Positions 55,966 to 64,000 of a stretch of DNA of 64,000 nt are shown in pieces (the stretch's first letter is position 1; every line of letters starts with the position of its first letter). Source of the stretch: an uncultured delta proteobacterium (lineage in GTDB: Bacteria; Desulfobacterota; Binatia; UBA9968); NCBI GenBank assembly GCA_963804165.1, contig CAWDPO010000001.1:125381-189380 (forward strand), in the 5' to 3' direction. Below the pieces are notes generated by a model. It was given only the letters and a program-made list of their open reading frames with translations, had not been told where the DNA came from and ran no database searches. A program made the translations under genes and the position numbers.

Positions 55966-56713
55966 TTACCGTAGCGTCACCAGATCATCATCTAAACCGT
56001 GACGCAGGATGTCGAGTTTGGAGGAAGTTGATAGCAAACGGTCGGCATGAATCGACTTGAGTCGAAACGGGAAGAGACTTGGGCTCTCGATGAGTTCCTT
56101 CAGTGGGACAGAGCCGTTGTCGCGTGCTCGCAGCATCGCTTCAATCAACCAGCCAAGTAGCTTCGGATCATCGATATCCAGCAACATGCCGGGATGGTAA
56201 ATTCCCTTGGTCACTGTTTCGCTGAGCACGCCCCAATCATGAAACGACCGGAGAACCCGTCGGGCTGCTCTCGAAACGGTCTCCCTCTCGCCATACTGCT
56301 CCCGGACTCGGCGCTGTACCTGTGCTGCAACCGCAGATCCTTGAAGCTTTAGAAGTCGGCCGACTTGCGCGGCTACGCCGGCCCAAAAGGGATAGGTGGC
56401 CATGACCATCCCCCAATGCACGGCGAGGTGTTCTGGACGTGATATCTCTCTCAACAGATTCAAGCCTTCGGAGACGCAGAGACTCCAGTTCTTTGGGTAC
56501 CGTAACCCATACCTTCAAGAGAATTGTAATGATTTTCTCGCGATTGCCTCGTACCGCTTGACCGCCAACGGACACTTTTTCCTTCAGCAGTTCCTGTAAA
56601 GCATCATCAACAGCCGCCTTGTCGTTGCCTGCCAAGACATAGTTGGCCGTCTGCTCAAGCCATTCCAAACGCACTCGCTGACTGAACCCGATCTGATTCG
56701 CTCGCCCGGTCAC
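55966..56713 (-). CDS. brxA: BREX type 3 BrxA-like protein (frameshift near 56470)
   Basis: IGFSQRVRLEWLE...HWGMVMATYPFW...YGERETVSRAARRVLRSFHDWGVL, directly downstream of pglZ. Confidence 0.65.
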
Positions 56714-58720
56714 AAGGTGTTCCTCTCGATCTCGACCAACGGCACGATGATCTCCTCAACTGAAATTCCGCCGTGACTCACGCTCCGGCTGCCTTCGCGA
56801 ATAAAAGCCCGCCGGTTAGGTGCGAGAAGAGCCAGATACGTATCTGGCAGACCTAAAGGCGGCCATTCAAGTGCAGTCGGAAATCGCTCTTTAACTCCTT
56901 GGCGAAGTATCACGTCCGAATAGATTCGGACCCGTTCCCCGCGCAAATCTGCCACGGCCCCTTCCGATGGACGGCCGCAGCCATCTGCTTCAATGTTACC
57001 GTGATCGGAAGTCAAGTAAATGCGGAATCCGCGATTAAGAAGCAGCTCCAGAAGGCTGCACATGTAAGGCTGCTGGGCCCACTGACGCACCTGGTTGTGC
57101 ATTCCTGCCGTACCCAATTCCATCCCGTGCATGATCTTATCGACCTTGTCGATAACCAGTCCGGCGACCCTTACCTTGGGATGGGAAAGTGCTTCGGAAA
57201 CACTCTCGAGCTTTCCGTCACCAAGTCCTTTTACATAAACGATCTCGTTAGGTGTGAGGCCCTGGTCGGCCCAGAACTGTGCCCACAGCCCAGGCTCTTT
57301 GTCTGTAGTGTGAATGCTGTTGGGAAAGAAAATGGGCGGCTTTCCGGCAAAAACAGCCTGCCGTCGAAACGGAAGTGATCGTTGGAATCCAGGCAAAGAC
57401 CGCCTGCTCCCGGAATCGGAAATCTGCCTGTCGCGTGGCGATCGCTTCTCGCATGACAAGCCACTGGTCCAGTGAAAGGCCATCGACCACGAGGAGCGCA
57501 ATCTTCTTTTTCCGGTCTTCTACTACTTCCCGGGCAAGAAATCTCGGAACATGGTGAAGCATGACCGGAGGCACTGGCGGAAGATTGACAAGACCAACGT
57601 AACGCTTCGAAATCCACGTGGTGAAAGCGCTGTCCACTTGAGATTGCAGGTTCTTGATACCTTGTCTTGCAGTTTCCGAAATGCGGTCGTTCCGCTCGTT
57701 TGACAGCAAAACCAGTTCAGCCCATCCACGGCCAAAATGTAGCCACTCACCGTACCTAGCATCTTCAGCCGGAATAGATGCTTGCAACGTCTCAATGAGT
57801 TTGGTCAGGCGACATGACCGGTTCTCCGATGGGTCGGTACGAATGCCGATACCAACCCAGGTCTTGGAAAGATTTCCTGCACTCTTGTGGGGCACAGGCT
57901 GCAGCAGTCCTTCAAGAAACAGATTGTCGATATAGACACGAACGTCTTGGTGATCAAAAGGCAGATCGACTGGCCCAACAATCGCCATGCCGTAAGGCTT
58001 TGAATCTTCCTCAACAGTAGGTTTCTTCTCGGCTGCAATGCGGTCGAGAAACTTCGGCCAGCGCTCCTGAAGAAACACGAAAAACTTCTCCCGATCTCCG
58101 AGTAGAATCTCAAGAGGCCAACCATCAAAAGCGGTATTGTGACGCAGCAATTGGATAAGGCGTTCGTCGAGCATACGTGGAATTTGCTGACCGCTGATAA
58201 TGGCGGCGAAGGAGAACTCGCAATAGATCGGACGGCTGCTTGATCAGCTCCGGCGCGATTTCAAACACGTGCCGGAGGGCGAACTCCTTCGTGGCATTGT
58301 CTCCCAATTGGCCAGGCGCATGTCGCTGCTGGGCTTCATACAAAGCATCCAGATCCCCTCGGTCGAGGGCCGTCAGGACCGGATAGCTGAGGTTCGGAAA
58401 AATATCACCGAGATTGAACGAGAGCCTGCGGCCGACTTGCAAAAGATCATAAGGTAGAGACGCCGAGTTCGCTGGCTTGAGCGCACAGTACAACAACAAG
58501 GTCCGTCTGTTCGCCCCGGTCCCAGCGGGAGCGGAATTTGGATTCATAGGCGTAGCGGAACGCAATATGGTCTTCAAAAGGAATCAGTTCGAACCCACGA
58601 TCTCGAATACCTGCCAGAATCCCTTCTTCGAGCAAGAAGCCCATCAGGGTCGGCTACCAAGGTGAGTCGTGCGACGTTCGGCGTGAACTCCTTGAGGATT
58701 TGGTCGCGCCAGCTACTCAT
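56710..58720 (-). CDS. pglZ: BREX-3 phosphatase PglZ (frameshifted)
   Basis: MSSWRDQILKEF...LTLVADPDGLL, LLVVDGLSLDQW, WIPTITSVS, LTSDHGN, HGGISVEEIIVP. Confidence 0.9.
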
Positions 58721-61578
58721 GGCCTCCCGCCCTCCACCCGAATCATGAGCAAGGGGCACCATCTCGGGATAGGCGTGGGCTTTCTGGTCGAGCTGCTTCT
58801 GGAAACTTCGCTCTTCCTGGTCGAGCAGGTTCAGGCGATAGTTGCGGACCTGGGGCAGTCCGATCCGCTCGATGGTCTTGCGGCGGGCGGCAAAGGCGTA
58901 GTTGGCCTTCTCTCGCTCACGTGCGATGCGGGCCCGGTGCTCCTGCACGAGCGCCTCGTAGATGGGCTTTCCATGTTCCTCTGCGGCTTTCTGCAGCTTT
59001 GCGTAGGCGGCTTCGGAGACCGAAGTTCCGCACGAGCATGACCGGACTTGGTGCTTGCCGCTAAGAGTTGATCCCAGACATGTCTGGCCGTCGGCATGTA
59101 GACCATGCCGTTGTCGGCCAGGAAGAGGGGCATGATCCTGCGGCGGTTCCACTCCATCGGTCGGCGATGGCGATCCGCCACAGCGACCAGATACCTTGGA
59201 CTTCTCGGCGATACCTGGGATCGATACGACCGGAACCGGCTGGCCTGGCGCGAAGCGGGGAAGCCGCATGGCCAGACCGCGCACCTTCGGCTCTTCCAGG
59301 GTGAGGTGCCGGGCGGCAGGAAATTTTTCGGCTTCCTTGCCTGTAAAGACCACATTGTCGTATGTTTCGCCGTCAGGCCAAGTGAGGTTCCAGCTCTGGC
59401 TTTTTTCTCGGCCTGGCCGCCGTGGGCCTTTAGATAGCTCACGGTCATGCGCTCGACCCAATAGGGCAAGGGATGAGTCAGTAGCTGCTGGGCTTCGCCG
59501 GATTCCAGGTCCTCGGTTGCGCCAAGCACGGATGCGGTTGTGCGCGCTTCACGAGCCTGCTCCTGCAAGCGGGCGACCACATTCTCCACGGAGTCTTCGA
59601 CCTTTTCGGGGTTGAGGATTGCCTCGACATATATATCATCGAACATCCGCCCGGCCTGGGCCGAATCGAGGACGTCACCGGTCTTGTCGATGCCGAACTC
59701 CTCGAAGATGACGGCGAGCTTCTGCTCCAGAACCTCCCGGACCCGGTGCTCGACCGAGTCCTCGAAGACGAAATTGACCGCGCGGACGATGTGGGATTGA
59801 CCGATACGATCCACCCGGCCGATCCGCTGTTCGAGCCGCATCGGGATTCCAGGGGATGTCGTAGTTGATCACGACATGGCAGAACTGGAGGTTCAAGCCT
59901 TCCCCGCCGGCGTCGGTGGAGATGAGGATGCGGGCATCCCGGGCGAAGGCCTCCTGGACCCGCTTGCGTTCTTCCATGTCCATGGAGCCGTTCAGGCAGA
60001 CGACCGAGAATCCGCGCTCGGTCAGGAACCGTCGCAGCATCTCCTGGGTGGGCACGAACTCGGTGAACACCAGCGCCTTGAGTTCCGGGTCGCCTTCTTC
60101 GGACTGGAGGCGGTAGAGCCAGTCGAGCAGCGCCTCGGCCTTGGCATCCGGTCCGGTCTGCTCGCAGCGGGCCGCGGCATCCAGGAGGAGCTTGACCTCG
60201 GCACGCTCGTTCTTCAGCGCCTTGAGCCGGGTGTGAAGCAGCATGTCGATCTGCTCCTGGCCATCCAGGTCCGCCCATTCCTCCTCGGAGGTGAGTCGGG
60301 AACAGAGCGTCAGCTGCTCCTCGGGCGCGGCCAGCGCTTCGAGCCGCTTTTCGAGCGTGGTCCGGATGGCGCTCGTGCTGGAGACCACCAGCCGCTGCAT
60401 CAGGATCATGCAGGAAGCCGATGTAGCTTCGCTTCTCCCGCATAGCCTGGTTGTAGCCTTCCCGGACATATTCGGTGACCGCCTCGTAGAGGAGCTGTTG
60501 ATCGCGGTGACGCTCTTCCCAGGAGACCGGGACAAGCTGTGTGCGCCGGGGTTTGAACAGCGGTTTCCCCTCGGCGTCGATGGCGCGGCGCTTTTCGGTG
60601 CGGATGACATGCGGCTGGACCCGCTCGCGGGTGACACTGGCGACGTCCGGGAAATTCCTGAGCGTCGATCAGGGACACCAGCCGGTGAAAGGCATCGGTC
60701 TTGCCCTGATGCGGAGTGGCCGAAAGCAGCAGGAAATATGGGGCGGCCTCGGACAGTCCCTGGCCCAGCTTGAAGCGGGCCACTTGGTCGGTGCTGCCCC
60801 CAAGCGGTGCGCCTCATCCACGATGACCAGGTCCCATCCAGCAGAGATCAGGTCCTCGAACCGCTCGCGGTTGTACTCGTCCACCTGGGCGGCGCTCCAC
60901 CCACGGCGCTTGTCCAGGGGCTTGACCGAGTCCATCGGCACGACCACCTGCGAGAACATCTGCCAGGCGTTGGCGGGCAGGGCATTCCGGCTCGTGATTA
61001 CCCTTGTCTCCGTCTTTCCGGACCGTCGCCGGGGCGATCCGTTCAATGTCTTGATGTCCTCGGGGAGCACAAGCTGGAAGGTCTCTCCGAAATGGAAGCG
61101 CATCTCGCTGACCCACTGGCTCACCAAGCCCTTTGGGGCGATAACCAGCGTCCGCTTGACCAGCCCGCGGAGCTTGAGCTCCCGCATGATGAGACCCGGC
61201 CTCGATGGTCTTGCCCAAGCCGACCTCGTCCGCCAGGAGATAGCGCACCCGGTCATTGGCGATAGCGCGGGACAGGGCCCGAATCTGGTGCGGCAGCGGG
61301 ATGACGGAGGACTCGATGGGCGCGAGCAGGACATCCTGGGTCAGGGCGTCAGCCACCCGTGCGGCAGCAGCGACGTAGGCGATATCGTCCGGCGAGCCGG
61401 TGCCTGCGCTCCAGGGACTTGAGCCTGGACGTGGAATGCGGACCACGGAGTCGCTGCCGGGCAGCCAGACGCGGCACGTCGTCTCACCCCAGAGCGTCTG
61501 GGTTTCGATAACTTGACAAAGCTGCCCGTGTTCAGCGGCCCAGAACCATTCTCCAGAATGTGGGCCTTTTTGTGTCAT
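58717..61578 (-). CDS. brxHII: BREX-3 SNF2-like helicase BrxHII (frameshifted)
   Basis: PLPHQ, LLADEVGLGKT, VDEAH, LSATPHQG, STDAGGEGLNLQ, NYDIPWNP, EQRIGRVDRIGQ. ATGA overlap with pglZ. Confidence 0.85.
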
Positions 61579-62649
61579 AGAATTGTCAGTTCATCCTTGT
61601 CACCCACATTTGCGAACTCGATGGTTCCGTCCAACAAGCTTCCAACGTGGACGGAAAGCCGGCCCCTTCTTCGTAAGATGAGTTCTACATGCGATGGCGC
61701 CATCATGCCTCGTGCGTTGGCGTGGCGAGTCAGCACTGACGCGGAAGACGTCGATAGAATGTTTCGGAATGCTCAGAATGATTCGAGCACAAGATTCGAT
61801 TAGCAGGCTCGCGTAGTCGCTTCGACTCCCGAACCCCCAGGTACGCGCAGACTCGAGAAAGTGCGCTCCCAATGTAAATCGTGTTCTTCTCGTCTCACTT
61901 ACCCCAGAAGCTCACCAATTCGCCTATACAAGCTTCAATCGCATCAGTGGCGGCCTGATCCTCTGCTGCACGTTCCCACACTTCCCAAATGCCAAGTTGC
62001 CGCAGAAGTGTGCTGTGACTCGTTGCGAAAGGTATTCTACCCGCAACAGCCATAGGCAATGAAGGCAGAGAATGACGCGCTTCAGTTAACCACTGCCAAT
62101 CGTGTAATTCCGCGTCACATTGAACATCTGCCAGGTCGGCATACTCATCCTGCCAGCTCAAAGGCCGATGCAATGAATATTTGCTGAGGGCGTACTGCGG
62201 TAGTTGCATGCTGTTCTACCAACAAGATCACAAGCATCTCGATGAACGCCAGCTCGAGTCTTGCTCTTGAGGCGATTCACGAGCGTCTGGCGCAACACGC
62301 GTCTTCGTGTCCTCAATCAGTATTGCCTTAACTCCGTAGAAGTCCTCCAGGGACGGAGTGCGATCGAGTAGATTTTGCGTCAGGCGGCATATCGTTTCGT
62401 GGTCCACAACTTCGTACCGGTGTTCCCGCAAAAGATCTCGTAACCTGTGCTGATGTGGATACTCACCGTCCTCTAGTAAGGCTATGCGTGTACCATCGGA
62501 GACAAGCAAACACACATTCTGTCGCCGTAGCATATTGCTCCCAGCCGAGCAAAGCATCGACAAACGACTCTATTTGCTCCAATGAATTACCAGGGTCAGG
62601 GAGGACACATGAGGTAAGGATCGATGGCAAGCTCGAGAGTGTCAGGCAT
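61575..62649 (-). CDS. Hypothetical protein coupled to the upstream ATPase and to brxHII (frameshifted)
   Basis: Pieces run from MPDTLELAIDPYL to ...RTHLTKKGPAFR...EFANVGDKDELTIL*. Its stop overlaps the brxHII ATG. Confidence 0.55.
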
Positions 62650-64000
62650 AGGTTTACTTTCCCGCTTCGCGCCGTTTCTGTTTTTTCGCCATAGCTGCGC
62701 GCAAGATGTCCTCTGCTTCGCGTGGACTCTGGTCGAGAAGAATCCTTCCGGCCAATCCAGGATGGCGCCGTATTCGTTAATTCTCACCTCACGGAACATA
62801 GAGCCTTCGACGCCTTTCTCAACGAAATAAACCTTGAGCTTTGATGCCCAGCTAGTATTTTCAGCTGCGGCTGCGGCGCGAAATCGAAGGCGATTAATTA
62901 AGTATTCGCTATGCGTTTCCACCAGGCATTGCTTTCCAAGCACAATCATGGAAAGGAAAAAATCCGCCAAACGGGTTTGAACTTTAGGATGAAGGTGAAG
63001 TTCTGGTTGTTCAAAGATAAGCGTACTATCGTCTCAGCCAAAAGGCTACTCACTAAAATGGGGAGGACTTGACTGACACCTACTCCCACATGCGTCAGGT
63101 CGTGTGATTGTGGTTCGTCGCTTACATTACTTTTAGTTCGTGTCCGAACTTACCGCGATCACGACTGTTGACCGACGAGGCGACTCCCAAATACTGCAGC
63201 CAGTCGACTACGGCCGATTCAAGCGAGCGAGTCGTAGTGTTGAATTGCTATATCTGTAGAGGCAAAGCAGTTGCTCGGAATGTACACGATCTGACGGGTT
63301 TGTTTACGTCAAGAACCGCGGCCGTATGCTCGCCACGAAGCCCACGTCCGCTTGGGTCGTGCGCGCCCGAGAGCGGGTACATCGCCTTTGGCTCGTCACG
63401 CAGAGGTCCAAAATATTTGAGGAAACCCTGAGAAGAAGCGCTCCAGATAGAGAGACACCTGGCTCGCAAGCTACCTGGTAATCGATACGTAACCAATTCG
63501 TAGGCCGGGGCCATGTTTTGCTGGTAAGCTGCCGCGATTTTCTCGCGAATTTCCGGATCCCTATTCATCGCGCGTCGCAACGACGATCTTTGACGATTGG
63601 AAGAGCTCGAAAGCTCTCCGACCATCGTGCCAACGTCATCGGAGAACGAAGGCTTTCCGCAAACAAGTTCTCTAACTCCACCAAATTGTCTTGTTCAGAG
63701 TGTAGCGATTCGTTGAGAAGGTTCCTTACGATTCAACCACGTTTTCGGGCACATAAATATCCTCTGCACGGGAGAAGCGGCGTAGACGAATGGGAACGTT
63801 CTTCCGCGGAAAGCCGTGGCAAGTAGAATGGAGTCCTCGACGGTTCGATTAATACGGAGCGAGAGACGCGGTCGGAAGAAAATGACGAAGCACACACCCG
63901 ACAGCTTCCGCGGTTTGAAATCCCTCCTTAATTTCTTCCCGTGACGATTCGTCCAAGACTACATTCCAATCTAAGCTCGATTTCGCCGTCTCGCTAATTG
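62642..64000 (-). CDS. ABC-type AAA ATPase with DUF3696-like C-terminus, 3' part (frameshifted; start outside window)
   Basis: YFGPLRDEP, HVGVGVSQVLPIL (signature), IFEQPELHLHP (Walker B), VETHSEYLINRLR, INEYGAILDWPEGFF. Confidence 0.8.

Noticed and set aside
1-64000. Numerous plus-strand ORFs of 60-350 aa (e.g. 50164-51201, 46823-47740, 60541-61422)
   Set aside because: They are antisense shadows of well-supported minus-strand genes in GC-rich DNA and have no recognisable motifs.
1-64000. CRISPR array, tRNA or rRNA
   Set aside because: No regularly spaced 25-45 bp repeats or RNA gene signatures were seen by eye.

Overview
Bacterial (probably uncultured, Binatota/deltaproteobacteria-like; this is an inference) accessory region, almost all on the minus strand. 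Many genes are broken by single-base frameshifts, which are most likely long-read errors. From left to right: (1) 1-27.9 kb, an apparently near-complete extracellular contractile injection system (eCIS, Afp/PVC-like). It has sheath, tube, DUF4255/Pvc16, AAA ATPase, a giant double-DUF4157 protein with a candidate HNH/HHH-type nuclease tip, tube initiator, split VgrG, PAAR-like spike tip, gp25, two baseplate-J genes, a tail protein and a DUF6519 protein that runs off the window. (2) 27.9-31.9 kb, two divergent sigma54 enhancer-binding proteins, one with a cNMP-type GAF domain, and two -24/-12 promoters arranged like a cascade into the eCIS. (3) 32-47.4 kb, an unusual four-module NRPS operon with no thioesterase: acid starter, Ala, Lys2-like, beta-Ala-like, then a terminal C domain. 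It ends in a secreted alpha/beta hydrolase and a very basic 76-aa two-repeat peptide. (4) 47.5-54.5 kb, a class III cyclase-AAA-TPR gene and a small catabolic cluster. (5) 54.6-55.9 kb, a RAYT-like Y1 transposase with inverted ends and an IS3 fragment. (6) 56-64 kb, the distal half of a type 3 BREX system (brxHII, pglZ, brxA) preceded by an ATPase/unknown-protein pair. The most promising lead is a possible signal (cNMP or NRPS product) -> sigma54 cascade -> eCIS system with a nuclease-tipped cargo. All calls rest on motif recognition only; no searches were run.
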